From: an uncultured Candidatus Saccharibacteria bacterium
Lineage (GTDB): Bacteria; Patescibacteriota; UBA1384; XYA2-FULL-43-10; 1-14-0-10-43-13
Direction: 5' to 3'
DNA length: 64,000 nt
Assembly: GCA_964628585.1 (NCBI GenBank)
Contig: CAZVMH010000002.1
Span: forward strand, 97,751-161,750
The notes under the pieces were generated by a model. That model made no database searches, was not told the origin of the DNA, and saw nothing but the letters and a program-made list of their open reading frames with translations. This document shows, piece by piece, positions 10,001 through 20,100 of the stretch. The translations under genes were made by a program, and so were the position numbers. Within the stretch, counting starts at the first letter, position 1; every line of letters starts with the position of its first letter.

Positions 10001-10175
10001 TAAAGCAGGGGAGTCTCTTCCTAAAAAAAATGATGATATCCCAAAAGTAGATACAGATAACGGTACTAATGTTTCAAATCAAAACACAACGCAAACAAAT
10101 AATTCAGATAATAATCCTGGCCCTCAAGTCTTAAAGTCAGGTCACTTACAAGACGGAGAAGAGGAAAAACTCTGA
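7062..10175 (+). CDS. VirD4/TraG/TraD-family type IV coupling protein-like ATPase, paralog of 2731..5277, with long low-complexity K/E-rich C-terminal tail
   Basis: N-terminal TM helix. Walker A is HIYIIGKSGTGKST. Motifs DPHGE and YVDEFQNF are present. Other blocks are shared with 2731..5277: IYHLPN, KILxxNLSRGKIGE and GNAGTxxAFRxG. Confidence 0.65.
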   Translation: MEYFVFVIIAVLIAVPWYLISAMKKTRNEQRKIDWHSNLKLTTLRIDVPKNNDKAPLSAEQMFAAIHGIYSASSLEQYHLSFELVAKDKFIQFYVTVPTHLKDFVEGQIYAQYPTVEISEVPDFTTGKKAHELNFSLCELKMTKPDVYPIRFFDSFDVDPLSGITSVMGKLGQNEEVWFQLVTKPVGDEWQDKGNSIVSSVRAGKKPGGQAIFDSFISGFKNFLKIFLAHAINPSAEIAEEKPSEIKLPSTVEEALKGIEQKITKLGFESKIRILCIANDPMTASVKCQSIAAAFKQFNTTNLNGFVSGEIKKNDFDAWQMFVNREFVDKGNIFNISELASIYHLPNQTVETPNIVWSGFKKGEPPANLPLDSNTPAETLTAIGSTNFRNVYADFGIKLDDRRRHIYIIGKSGTGKSTLIENMAIDDVYEGRGVIIVDPHGELAEKILSCVPTERIKDVIIFDPSDRGFPVAFNLLEMVDDDFKGMVASGFVGIFKKIFGESWGPRLEHILRNTVLALLDNPNSTMLDIPRMLTDNHFRDKVVTKVKDPVIRDFWVNEFAQYDAKFRTEAVSPILNKVGQFLATATIRNIVGQPHSKINIREIMDQKKILVVNLSRGKIGEDNSALLGAMMITKIQLAAMSRADVTVDKREDCFLYVDEFQNFATDSFAVILSEARKYNLCLTMANQYIEQMPESVRSAVFGNAGTIIAFRVGGTDASFLVREFEPVFDANDMVNLDKFNIYIKLLIDGISGPAFSARTFPPVQKIAGNADEILTYSRDHYSAPRALVEERIANRDEEEKKEMLAEAEAFKSGGLEALLVKKGTTPNTIPPAVETIEPKEIVPKKEEKEEKIIKEKTEKKPSKPRVFKYQNIIGDKIYKEQTAKGGVKWFIGESIDWEKMKETEVEIGPEAEKTIELAKKVAHESEHRSIHQSGSPSKIEKKEEISNSVIEDKTQEEETQAPNVKEDNISEKKPVEKIDDKAGESLPKKNDDIPKVDTDNGTNVSNQNTTQTNNSDNNPGPQVLKSGHLQDGEEEKL

Positions 10176-10182
10176 AAATTTT

Positions 10183-10275
10183 CACCCACCCCCGAGACGA
10201 AGTCTTCCCTTTGGGAAAGGGGCCGCTTTGTGGCGGGGGATTATAAAATCGGGGGAGTGGCTTATTTTGCATTTT
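10183..10275 (+). terminator. GC-rich structured element and probable terminator after the second T4CP-like gene
   Basis: An outer stem, ccacccccg with cgggggagtgg, encloses the inner hairpins cccttt-ggg-aaaggg and ccgc-tttgtg-gcgg. The element is followed by cttattttgcatttt. Confidence 0.4.
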
Positions 10276-10463
10276 ATATGGAATTTTATTTATTTCTAAT
10301 TTCTATCAAAACCAAATCAGGTCAATTCCAAAATATACCTAGTACAAATAAATCATATTTTAACTATGTTCTCTGGCGATAAAAATAAAAAAGTTTACCT
10401 ACTTGGTATTGACGGTATATTTCTAACTATACTAAAGGTAAATTGGCGAGATAAGATGATGCA

Positions 10464-10510
10464 AACCCCTCTTTCCAGAGAAGTGGCCGGAGAAGTGGTC
10501 GAGAGGGGTT
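10464..10510 (+). repeat. perfect 9-bp inverted repeat (aacccctct/agaggggtt) enclosing a loop with the direct repeat gagaagtgg x2
   Basis: Seen directly. It lies in a 550-bp non-coding stretch, with a possible promoter TTTACC-N18-TATATT near 10394..10423. Confidence 0.5.
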
Positions 10511-10726
10511 GTAAAATCTAGTATTTTAATATATTTAAACAAGCAATAATAGCACTTTCTTAAACCATGAATAATGTCGCATAACATACATTATGCGACA
10601 TATTATCAATTAAGCTCAAATATGTATTATTCTTTCAAAACTCATACAAAGTATGACAAAAAAAAGCCTGTATTGAGCTCAAAAAGCCCTACAAGCCATT
10701 TTCTGACACTTTTATTTGTAATGTGG

Positions 10727-11098
10727 TTAGTTCTCTATTTCGTTGCTAATTTGATTGTTTTTACTGACTAGTTTGTCAACGGTCGCAGTTTTGATAACTC
10801 CAATATTTGAGAAAATGCGGATTGTAAATGCTATTAGTACTGCCAAATAAATGTCAAGGTTTAGTTCATCTCCTAGGAACGTCAACAGGACTGCTACAGT
10901 CATATTGAAGAGCAAACCAGAAAGAAATACAGTAGTATCAAATCTTTTTTCAATTTGAGCTCTAACAGCACCAAATAGTGAATCCAATATTCCAACAATT
11001 GCTACAGCGGTATAGCGAGCGTATTCTGGAGGAATATCAAACTTTAAAAAAGTGCCAACAACTAGACCAAATGTAAGCCCGATAATTACTAGATACAT
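10727..11098 (-). CDS. small basic membrane protein resembling the DUF1290/Sbp family
   Basis: About 120 aa with three hydrophobic segments. IPPEYARYTAVAIVGILDSLFGAVRAQ...VFLSGLLFN resembles B. subtilis Sbp/YlxX, from memory. Confidence 0.5.
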   Translation of the reverse strand: MYLVIIGLTFGLVVGTFLKFDIPPEYARYTAVAIVGILDSLFGAVRAQIEKRFDTTVFLSGLLFNMTVAVLLTFLGDELNLDIYLAVLIAFTIRIFSNIGVIKTATVDKLVSKNNQISNEIEN

Positions 11099-11203
11099 AT
11101 TTTCCTTTTTATATTACTGAATATATATTTAGTCGTTACTTTAAAAATCTAGAAAAAATAAACTGAAAAATAAAACACTAATTTATAATCACCACTCCCC
11201 TAC

Positions 11204-12109
11204 TTAATCACTAACTGACTGCACCTTTTTCTTCTTATGCCAAACAACTACAAGCGCAGCAGCGATAAATATTGAGGAATATGTTCCAAAAAATATACCT
11301 ATAATCAGAGTTAATACAAAATGTTTAATCGCTAATCCGCCCATCAAAAACAAGGCTAGAAGAACAATAATAACCGTAAGAGATGTGTTTATAGATCGAG
11401 CCAAGGTTTGATTTACACTCTCTTCTGTTGAAATAGCAATATTCTCGTGAGGATTTTTAAAATAATTTTCTCTAAGCCGATCATACACCACAATTGTATC
11501 ATGGACAGAAAAACCCATTATAGTTAATAGCGCTGTTATAAAAAGCGCATCAACTTCCATCCATGTAACAAAGTGACCAATAAGGGCTACGAACCCAGTC
11601 GTAATTAAAAGATCATGAATAATTGCTATTACAGCACTTGCTCCGAATCTCCAAGAAGAAAGTGGTTTTGGCACTTTTCGAAACGCATAAGCAATATATA
11701 AAATAATTCCAAGTGAAGCTAGTACGACCGCCCAAATAGATTTATTAATTAAGTCTTTGCTAATTGTGGCACCTACTGAATCGTAACTTGTTTCGGAAAA
11801 ATCAGAAAGTTTTGTTTTTAAAGAAGTGTTTAAATCAATATGCTCCTGATTTGTAAGAATTGGAAGCTTTAGAATTACTAAATTGTTACTACCTTCTTTA
11901 ATTTGGTAGCTAGTAATTGATTTGTCCTTTAACACTTCTTCAGAAAGAGCAACACGATCAGAATTAGCGGATTGAAACTCTAGAACAGTTCCGCCTCTAT
12001 AGTCTATACCAAGTCTTAAGCCAAAAATTGCGATAAATGTAATTGACAAAATCATTAATAAACCAGAGATCACAAACCAATATTTACTTTTTTGGATTAT
12101 TCTATACAC
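11204..12109 (-). CDS. secF: protein translocase subunit SecF
   Basis: Contains GIDYRGGT and multi-TM topology. Overlaps secD by 8 bp. Confidence 0.9.
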   Translation of the reverse strand: MYRIIQKSKYWFVISGLLMILSITFIAIFGLRLGIDYRGGTVLEFQSANSDRVALSEEVLKDKSITSYQIKEGSNNLVILKLPILTNQEHIDLNTSLKTKLSDFSETSYDSVGATISKDLINKSIWAVVLASLGIILYIAYAFRKVPKPLSSWRFGASAVIAIIHDLLITTGFVALIGHFVTWMEVDALFITALLTIMGFSVHDTIVVYDRLRENYFKNPHENIAISTEESVNQTLARSINTSLTVIIVLLALFLMGGLAIKHFVLTLIIGIFFGTYSSIFIAAALVVVWHKKKKVQSVSD

Positions 12110-13397
12110 TTAATACCTCTTTTGATTTACTATTTGCAATTAGCAACAATATTGTTCTGGTGACAGTAATAGCGGTAAACAAGCTTACTATGATACCAAT
12201 ACCTAGAGTTAGAGCAAAACCACGAACAGGTCCAGAACCAGCGGTATAATAAAGAATAACGCAGGTTATCAGAGAAGAAAAATTGGAATCCTTTACTGAA
12301 GAAAATGCTCTTTTGAAACCATCTTGAATTGCTAAATTCATGGTTTTTCCCAATTTGAGTTCTTCTTTCATCCTCTCAAAAATTAGAATATTGGCGTCTA
12401 TTGCCATGCCTATTGAAAGAATAAAACCGGCAATTCCAGCTAATGTTAGAGTAACAGGAATTATTTTAAATAGTGCTAAAGTAATTAGAGCATAAATTAT
12501 TAAAGCGATAACTGCAATAAAACCAGAGAATTTATAATAAATGATAATGAAAGCAGCAACCAATATGAGCCCAATTAGCCCAGCAATAATACTATTTTTA
12601 AGCGAGTCTTGACCTAATGTCGCTCCAATATTTTGTTGACCAATTAGTTTTGCTGGTACTGGTAACATACCTTCACTCAATCTGTCAGCCAGTTTTTGTG
12701 CTTCCTGAATATTTTTTGAGCCAGTTATAACTGCTTCCCCGTTTGTAATCTCGGTCTGAACTGTTGGAGCAGAGACAATTTTATTATCCAAAACTATGGC
12801 AATTTGTTTTTGTAGATTGTTCTTTGTTAATTGGGCGAATTTCTGTTGCCCAGAATTATTGAATTTTAAAGATACGACCGGTTCAGTTTTAACAGAGTTT
12901 GTATCACCACCCTGAAAAGTAGTTTCGGCGCCTACTAATTCGCGACCGGTTAGGTCTGATTTTACCCAATAATTGGGATAAAGATAGCTTGATTCGTAAA
13001 AATCTTGAAGTTGGATTCCGTTTTCAGCTGTGCCTTCTGTCATAAAAATAAGCTCGTAAGTTGCGCCAATACGGTCTATTGCCTGTTCTACGTTTTTAAT
13101 GCCAGGAAGCTCTATCAATATTTTATCGCTTCCAGAAGTTTGCAAACTTGGTTCGGCTACGCCCAGACTATCAATCCTACTCCGAAATACATTTTTAAGA
13201 TTGTTTAAATCTTTCAACTTATCGGTTGAAGCAGAAAGGTCGGCCTGATAAACAAGCTCGGTTCCACCAACTAAGTCTAGACCAAGACTAGCTTTAATTT
13301 TGTCTTTCCACAAGAAACTTCTTGGTATGTCAATAACGATAGCAAAAAATAGTACTATAACGATAACCGAAAATGATATCCAGAGATTTTTTCTCAT
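12102..13397 (-). CDS. secD: protein translocase subunit SecD
   Basis: Contains LGLDLVGGTELVY. A periplasmic domain is followed by a 6-TM C-terminus. Confidence 0.9.
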   Translation of the reverse strand: MRKNLWISFSVIVIVLFFAIVIDIPRSFLWKDKIKASLGLDLVGGTELVYQADLSASTDKLKDLNNLKNVFRSRIDSLGVAEPSLQTSGSDKILIELPGIKNVEQAIDRIGATYELIFMTEGTAENGIQLQDFYESSYLYPNYWVKSDLTGRELVGAETTFQGGDTNSVKTEPVVSLKFNNSGQQKFAQLTKNNLQKQIAIVLDNKIVSAPTVQTEITNGEAVITGSKNIQEAQKLADRLSEGMLPVPAKLIGQQNIGATLGQDSLKNSIIAGLIGLILVAAFIIIYYKFSGFIAVIALIIYALITLALFKIIPVTLTLAGIAGFILSIGMAIDANILIFERMKEELKLGKTMNLAIQDGFKRAFSSVKDSNFSSLITCVILYYTAGSGPVRGFALTLGIGIIVSLFTAITVTRTILLLIANSKSKEVLSV

Positions 13398-13443
13398 TTT
13401 TTTCCTTTAAGTATATTTTAGAGCAAAATTATAACGAGGTCAA

Positions 13444-14067
13444 TTAAATTGGTTTGATAATTAGTTTTTTGTCTGCAATTAGCCTTGGAAATACGTCTGT
13501 TTCAAGCATAGAAAAACCCTTGCTGATATAGGAAAAAATTTCTGGCTCACAAATATATAATCCGTTTAAAGTCTCTAGATCATTAGTAACAACAGTAACA
13601 ACAGCATTGGAATTATTATGCTGTTCCAACATTTCTTCAATATCAAGTTTTTTGATGTCAATATTATTTATAACCATGAAAGTATCACTGTATTCGTTCT
13701 TTAGTGGCAAAAGAACACCAGCGGAACCCTCTTCGCTTTCAATATATTCTAAGTCAATCTTTCCAAACGAGCTGTCTCCTATTTTATCTTTGATTTCATT
13801 AGCCAGATAACCAACAGCTATATATGCACTCTCTAAACCAAGTAATTCTAATTTTTTCAAATTCTCTTTTACTTGAGGGATTGTTTTTAGGGCGTCTTCT
13901 CCTCCGACTAGAATAACAGCGTTTCCATTGGAATTTTGCTTTATTGCCTTCATCGCTAGGGTTTCAATTGCATGCGAACGATTTCTTACTTCAATTCCAT
14001 CAATAGTTCGATCGATTGCATTTAGTACGTTTTTTCTAATTGAAATAGTGATTCTTTCTCGTTCCAT
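13444..14067 (-). CDS. ribbon-helix-helix (CopG-like) N-terminus fused to a degenerate nucleotidyltransferase-like domain
   Basis: The N-terminus RKNVLNAIDRTIDG...RSHAIETLAMKAIK is RHH-like. The downstream AVILVGGEDALK resembles an NTP-transferase G-loop lacking GxGTR. Confidence 0.45.
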   Translation of the reverse strand: MERERITISIRKNVLNAIDRTIDGIEVRNRSHAIETLAMKAIKQNSNGNAVILVGGEDALKTIPQVKENLKKLELLGLESAYIAVGYLANEIKDKIGDSSFGKIDLEYIESEEGSAGVLLPLKNEYSDTFMVINNIDIKKLDIEEMLEQHNNSNAVVTVVTNDLETLNGLYICEPEIFSYISKGFSMLETDVFPRLIADKKLIIKPI

Positions 14068-14151
14068 GTTACCTTTCGTTAATACTAACTAAAAAGTATC
14101 ACAACAAAAGTTGATATGCAAATCTCGTATGAAAGAGTATGAATTTTAGTC

Positions 14152-15105
14152 CTATTTGATCTGTTTGAGTATTAATTTAAAATCTTCTGGCATCGGAGCT
14201 TCAAATGTTTTTGCCCTACTTTCTCCTGGTAGTGAAATTGTAAGTTCTTTAGCGTGCAGAAGCTGTCTTCTTATATCCAAACTGATTGATAATTTTTCTG
14301 ATAGTCGGTTGCCATAAAAATTGTCTCCCAAAATAGGGTGACCCAGACTACTTATTTGAACACGTATCTGATGAGTTCTTCCAGTCTTAATATCAAATTC
14401 CACTAATGACACTTTCTCTTTGTTAAAGGTATAATTTTGTATTACTCGGTAATTGGTAATTGCTTCTTTACCCTTATCTTCCGCGATTTCGGCAATTTTT
14501 TTTCGGTTTTTAGAGTGACGACCCAAAAAACTTCTCATAATCCCCTCTTCCTTTTTTGGCCAACCATAGCAAAGTCCTACATATATTTTCTTTACTGTTC
14601 TGTTCTGAATTTGCTTAGAGAGAGAGTGCATCGTTCTCTCGTTTTTCGCCACAATCATAATACCAGAGGTGTCTTTGTCTAGTCGATGAACCAGACCAGG
14701 TCTCATTCTTGATAAAGGATTATCTTTATCATAAACTGCTTCTGATATCTTTGGAAAATGATTAAGAAGTGCGTTGATAAGCGTATTATCAGCATGTCCA
14801 GCTGCTGGGTGAACAACTAACCCTGCTGGTTTATTTATTACGATAACATTCTCATCTTCAAAAATAATATCGAGTGAGATGTCTTCTCCTTGTGGATCTT
14901 TGAGTTGGGTCTTTACAAGAAAATCAATAGTAATTCTATCATTAAATTTTAATATCTGGTTAGCTTTTATCGTTTTGCCGTTGACCAATACCCTTTTGTC
15001 CAGAATTAATTTCTCAAAATAGGAACGGGAGGATTCAGAAAACTCTTGAGCTAAAAATTTATCAGCTCTCTCCCCTATTTCATTTTTATAAACAATATTT
15101 TTCAT
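14152..15105 (-). CDS. rluD: RluA-family 23S rRNA pseudouridine synthase (RluD-like) with S4 domain
   Basis: Catalytic motif HRLDKDTSG. N-terminal S4-like segment. Confidence 0.85.
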   Translation of the reverse strand: MKNIVYKNEIGERADKFLAQEFSESSRSYFEKLILDKRVLVNGKTIKANQILKFNDRITIDFLVKTQLKDPQGEDISLDIIFEDENVIVINKPAGLVVHPAAGHADNTLINALLNHFPKISEAVYDKDNPLSRMRPGLVHRLDKDTSGIMIVAKNERTMHSLSKQIQNRTVKKIYVGLCYGWPKKEEGIMRSFLGRHSKNRKKIAEIAEDKGKEAITNYRVIQNYTFNKEKVSLVEFDIKTGRTHQIRVQISSLGHPILGDNFYGNRLSEKLSISLDIRRQLLHAKELTISLPGESRAKTFEAPMPEDFKLILKQIK

Positions 15106-15941
15106 TTTATATATGCCGAAATATTCGTATCGTGATTTACTCGATATCTATTTAATAGCAAAAGATCGGAAAAGCTAGTTAATTTGCTGTTGGTCGTGAC
15201 AGCGTAAGTGTAGCCAATATTCTTTGCAATGGTCTCTACTTCGGAATTAGTTTTTCCTGACGGGTAGCATAGCGATATGACTTTTATCCCGAACATGGTT
15301 TCTAAATTTTCTTTGCTTTGCTTTAACTCTGTGTCTATTTTGTCACTCGATATTTTTGTAAGGTCAGGATGTGACAAAGTATGAGATCCGATTTCGATGT
15401 TGCTTTGGCGCAACTCATTAATTTGATCTCTGCTCATGTAATTCGATTTACCGATATCATTTACAATGATAAACGAAACTGCTTTCATTTTTCTTTTCTT
15501 GATTTCGGGGTAGGCACTGGTATAAAAATCGGCATATCCGTCATCAAACGTTAATATAACGGGTTTTGCGGGAATATTTCCAGCCTCAATATCCTTAAAA
15601 GTTATCGTGGTGTATCCTTTTTCAACTATCAAATCTAATTGTTTTGCAAAAGCTTCTGGGTTGACAGAAAGATTCGTTCCAATTTTATCATTTGGATCAT
15701 CTAGCGTGCGAATATAGTGATACATCAAAATTGGCATATCGGGAATTTCTTTTTTAGTATCAGAAGATTGATTAGCTATAATTTCTGGGGTGGATTCGAT
15801 CTGTTGGTCGTGTGGAATATTCTCTAATTGTGCAGGCGCCATATTACCAGAAACTTTCTTCTCACTTTTGATTGAATAAAAAAGTCCCAGCAATGCTATA
15901 AAAAAAGTTAGAATCAAGATGGATAATTTTTTATGTTTCAC
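15102..15941 (-). CDS. polysaccharide deacetylase (NodB homology) family protein, membrane anchored
   Basis: Contains TFDDGY and SHTLSHPDL. N-terminal TM helix. Confidence 0.8.
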   Translation of the reverse strand: MKHKKLSILILTFFIALLGLFYSIKSEKKVSGNMAPAQLENIPHDQQIESTPEIIANQSSDTKKEIPDMPILMYHYIRTLDDPNDKIGTNLSVNPEAFAKQLDLIVEKGYTTITFKDIEAGNIPAKPVILTFDDGYADFYTSAYPEIKKRKMKAVSFIIVNDIGKSNYMSRDQINELRQSNIEIGSHTLSHPDLTKISSDKIDTELKQSKENLETMFGIKVISLCYPSGKTNSEVETIAKNIGYTYAVTTNSKLTSFSDLLLLNRYRVNHDTNISAYIK

Positions 15942-15943
15942 AA

Positions 15944-17071
15944 TTACTCAACTAGCTTAATATCTTCAGAGTCAGTTTCAATAATGTTTTGGCTTTTAAT
16001 TTTATCAATTACGCTTGTTAATTGACGATTTCGAGTATTGGCAACGGTATCGAACTGTCGGCTGGCAGAGGCAATTCTTTCACCTAAAGTATCGACTGCT
16101 CCAGAATACTTTTGGTATTCACTATCGAATTTTTGAATCAGGCCAATTATATGTTGCAAGTTTTCCTGATATCGAAAATTGGTATAAGCTTGTTTAACCA
16201 TTCTTAATATTGCAGTAAAAGAAAAGGGGCCAGCCAAAATTACTTTTTTCTTCATTGCCTCTTCCCAAATTTCATTCATCTTATCGTAAATAAAACTAAA
16301 GATCATCTCGTTTGGAATAAAGAGAATAACAAAATCCACAGTTTTTTCTTCAGGGTTAATATATTCCCTAGTACAGACCTGTTTAATCTTATTTTTTACG
16401 TCTTGTTTAAAGTCTCTCAAATATTTTTCTTTAGCTGTTCTATCTTTGGCCTCAACATATTTTACAAGTGAAGCATATGGAAATTTAACATCAATATTGA
16501 TTTTGGTTTGGTCTGGGAGAAAAATTGTAAAGTCAGGACGAGTACTTTCTGTTGTCTGAGACTCATTTTTAGAGTACCCCTGTCCTATTACAAAACCAGC
16601 CATCTGCAAAAGATCTTCAGCAATTTGTTCGCCAAAGGCACCGCGCATCTGGTTATTTGACAAAAGTTCTTTTAGCTTTTCAGTGCTTACTTTTAAATCA
16701 CCCGTGATTTCTTTGTAACTTTTTAGTTCGTTTTCTAATGCGGAGAAAGAACGCACTCTTTCGTCATCACTTTTGGCAATTCTTTCCTCGTTTTTACGAA
16801 TATCTTTGCGGATTTCTTCAACTAGGTTAGTAATGGCAGACTTCTTGCCCTCTAAGTCAACTTTAATTTCATTCTTCTGTGCCCCGAGAACTTCTTTAGC
16901 TAATTGCAAAAACTGTACATTGTTACTTTGCAGGGCTTCGCTTGATAATCGGGCAATTTTGTCCTCTAAGCCAAGATCTTCTTTCGAATTTTTTCGACCT
17001 GCCAATATCAAAAAAATTAGTACAATCAATGCTGCCAAAACAAGCGCTATTAGAATAAATAAAGTAATCAT
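15944..17071 (-). CDS. rmuC: DNA recombination protein RmuC
   Basis: N-terminal TM and coiled coil. The C-terminal RmuC nuclease-like region includes DFTIFLP...VDFVILFIPNE. Confidence 0.8.
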   Translation of the reverse strand: MITLFILIALVLAALIVLIFLILAGRKNSKEDLGLEDKIARLSSEALQSNNVQFLQLAKEVLGAQKNEIKVDLEGKKSAITNLVEEIRKDIRKNEERIAKSDDERVRSFSALENELKSYKEITGDLKVSTEKLKELLSNNQMRGAFGEQIAEDLLQMAGFVIGQGYSKNESQTTESTRPDFTIFLPDQTKINIDVKFPYASLVKYVEAKDRTAKEKYLRDFKQDVKNKIKQVCTREYINPEEKTVDFVILFIPNEMIFSFIYDKMNEIWEEAMKKKVILAGPFSFTAILRMVKQAYTNFRYQENLQHIIGLIQKFDSEYQKYSGAVDTLGERIASASRQFDTVANTRNRQLTSVIDKIKSQNIIETDSEDIKLVE

Positions 17072-17122
17072 ATGGCTACATTATACCGAACACTAGTCGA
17101 ACATGCAAGAACATATTCTGGG

Positions 17123-20100
17123 TTATTCATTTAATCCATTGTGACAGATATTAAAGTATTGGCACTTGCCATCTTTTTGTTTGCAAGCCTGTTCCTCTAA
17201 ATGGAATTCTAGATTTACAATTTTGTCATATGTTTCTTCAACAATTTTTTTAAATTCAGCGTATTGAGCTGGATCAACTGGAACGCTGACTCGTTTAAAT
17301 TTATCTCTTTCTGGAGCAATGAAATCAAACTCAATTTCCCCTATCTTCCACTTAAACAAAGGATCGGTTTCAGAGAGTAAATTATAAAAATATGCCTGAT
17401 ACAAAAGTCGAGTATCTTTTTCTTTGGTCTGGCCCATTAAAAAATTCAAGGATTTTGGTGATGATGTTTTATAGTCAACAATTCTAACTTTGTTAGCCGT
17501 AGCGTCTACCATATCTATTCGATCAATCTTACCGGTAATCGGAATGTCATTAAAATGAACCTCGTGACGAGAGAAATCAAATTCACAGGAAAGTGGCACC
17601 CCCCTTTTTTGCCAGTCTGTGGCATAAAAATCGTAATATTTTGCGAGAATCTCTTTTCCTTTCAGTTGAGCTCGTTTTCTGTCTTCGCTTGTAAAGATTT
17701 CTTCTTTTAATGCATCCTCAAAATCGGCAATAAACTCTTCACGTGTTGGCATCTTAAAGTCACGTTTGAATTTCTTAAATAGAAGCTCAAGGGCTTTGTG
17801 AACAGCCGTACCATAGCTTTGGGTAAAATCTTTGGTCTTAGGAACACGAAGGATATTATCGTAAAAAAATCTTTGTGGACATTCTAAATATGAATTAAGA
17901 GATGTCGGACTTAACTTAAAATCTTTGATCAAGTTTTGAAGAAAATCGGACAAAGCTTGCGAAGGTTGCCATTTTTTCTGTGCAAAAGTTAGCCTTAGGC
18001 GCTCATCAAAAGTATTTTCATACTTTTTCGTATCTGTTTTAGTAATTAACTCTGATGGGGTTTCAGCTATGAATTTAGACGGTACGGCCAGTGTCGGATT
18101 ACTTTCATCTCCATAAGAATCAGCAAGGGTTAGGAAAATATGTTTTTTAGCTCTTGTCATTGCCACATAAAATAATCTTCTCTCTTCCTCATCATTCTCC
18201 TCGGCCGATGACTTGGTTTGGATGATGCCTTGTGGTAATTTAATTAATTCTTTTTTAACTTTATTGCCCCAATGTCTATCTGTAGCATGGATAATAAATA
18301 CATATTCAAATTCAAGTCCCTTGGCTTTGTGGGCGGTCATCAAGTGGACTCCCTCATAGTTGGCAGATAATTCTCGTTGTTTAATAGAAAGTTCATTTTC
18401 ATTTAGCTGGTCAATATAGCTGAGAAAATCCTTGAGTTTAAAGTGTTTATCTCTGGTATTAAGTTTTTTAATTTCGTCGAATAAAGTTTGTAAACGATTT
18501 AAATGATGAACAGATTCGGAAAGTTTAAGAAGATAATTTAAGTAGCCAGTCCTGTTGATAATAAACTCAAAGGCATGAGCGAAGGTTGTGTTTTCTACCA
18601 TGTTTCGACAATCCAAAAGAGAAATTACAAATTCATCTACCGCTTTTGGCTCGTCAAGTTCGAGCGTATCCAATAGTTTTTTTGAGGTAATAACATCAAA
18701 GATGTTTTTTCTCTCACGATTCGCACAAACGGTAATTTTGTAAATATCTAAAACCGAGATTCCAAAAAAAGGAAAGTGCATTACTTCAAGAAGAGTCTGG
18801 CTATCAATTTTATTAATGCCAAAAGAAAGAACCTTGAGGTATGAAATTATCTTATCTATTTCTGGATCATCCAGAATGTTACCACCAATTTCTAGGATAT
18901 AGGGAATATTCAACTTCGATAAAAAATCGATCAATTCGGTTGCATCACGATGCTCTTTGTAGAGGATTGCGATCTCATTTGGAGAAACTTTGTTTTTAAT
19001 TAATTCTTCGATCTTTTTGGCTACGAAAAAAGATTCAATAGAGCCCTCGGAAAATTGAGCCAGTTCAATATCGCCAGTTTTTCCTGCAAGCTGGCTTTTT
19101 AATTTTTTTTCAATGTTTAGGTGATTGAAAATTTGATTTTGATTGTTCTGTATAAGTGCTCGCGAAGCGTCTAGAATTTTTTGTATAGAGCGATAGTTAT
19201 TTTCCAATACAATAATTTGAGTAGCTGGGTAAGTTTTTTTGAATGCTAAAATGTTTTCAAGTGATGCACCCTGAAAGCGAAAAATCGATTGCTCATCATC
19301 CCCTACTACAAAAACATTTGGTTCATCATAAAAACTAGCAAGCTGCGAAATCAATTCATTTTGGGCCGAGTTTGTGTCCTGATACTCGTCGACTAAAATA
19401 TATTGATACTTTTCCTGATAGGTTGAAAGTATTTCCTGATCGGTTCGAAAGGCGTTTAGGACAAACAAAATCATATCGGAATAGTCGTATTTGCCCTCTC
19501 CAATTAGTGTTTCAATATATTTTTCATATATTTCTGCTAGCTCCTGATTTTTAAGAAGATTGTTTTTCTGTTGCTCATATTTCGCTTTCATTTTTCCTTT
19601 ATAAGCACCTTTTTTATGATATAAATCTTCAATATCGTCAAAACTCTTAAGCTCCTCGGCGATAATTTTTTTAAATTTATCGGGAGTAATATTTTCTTGC
19701 TTTAGGTTGCCAATAGCGCTCATTATTGCTTTTTGATAATGGAATGGTGCCTTAAATGGTTTTATCTGAGTAAAATTATTGTTCTTTAAAATTTTTTGAA
19801 TAATTAAAATCTGATCTAGATCAGAGATCTGATTGATTTTCTTTGAAGTCAAAAACTTTTCTGGAAAAAGAGAAATTATCTCATTACAGAATGAGTGAAA
19901 GGTATGAATATTAACTTGATATGAGACAGGCCCAATGATCGAGAGTAGACGTTGCTTCATTGCCTGGACACCAGAATTAGTGAATGTCAGACACAATATA
20001 TTGCTAGGATTGATCTGTGTTTTGCGCAAAATTTGAGCAATTCGCATTGCTAGAATTTGAGTTTTTCCTGTCCCTGGTCCGGCCACTACCATAACGGGAC

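Noticed and set aside
10574-10771. 65-aa plus-strand ORF
   Set aside because: It is low-complexity and overlaps the 3' end of the sbp-like minus-strand gene. It also lies across a perfect inverted repeat, so it is more likely non-coding.
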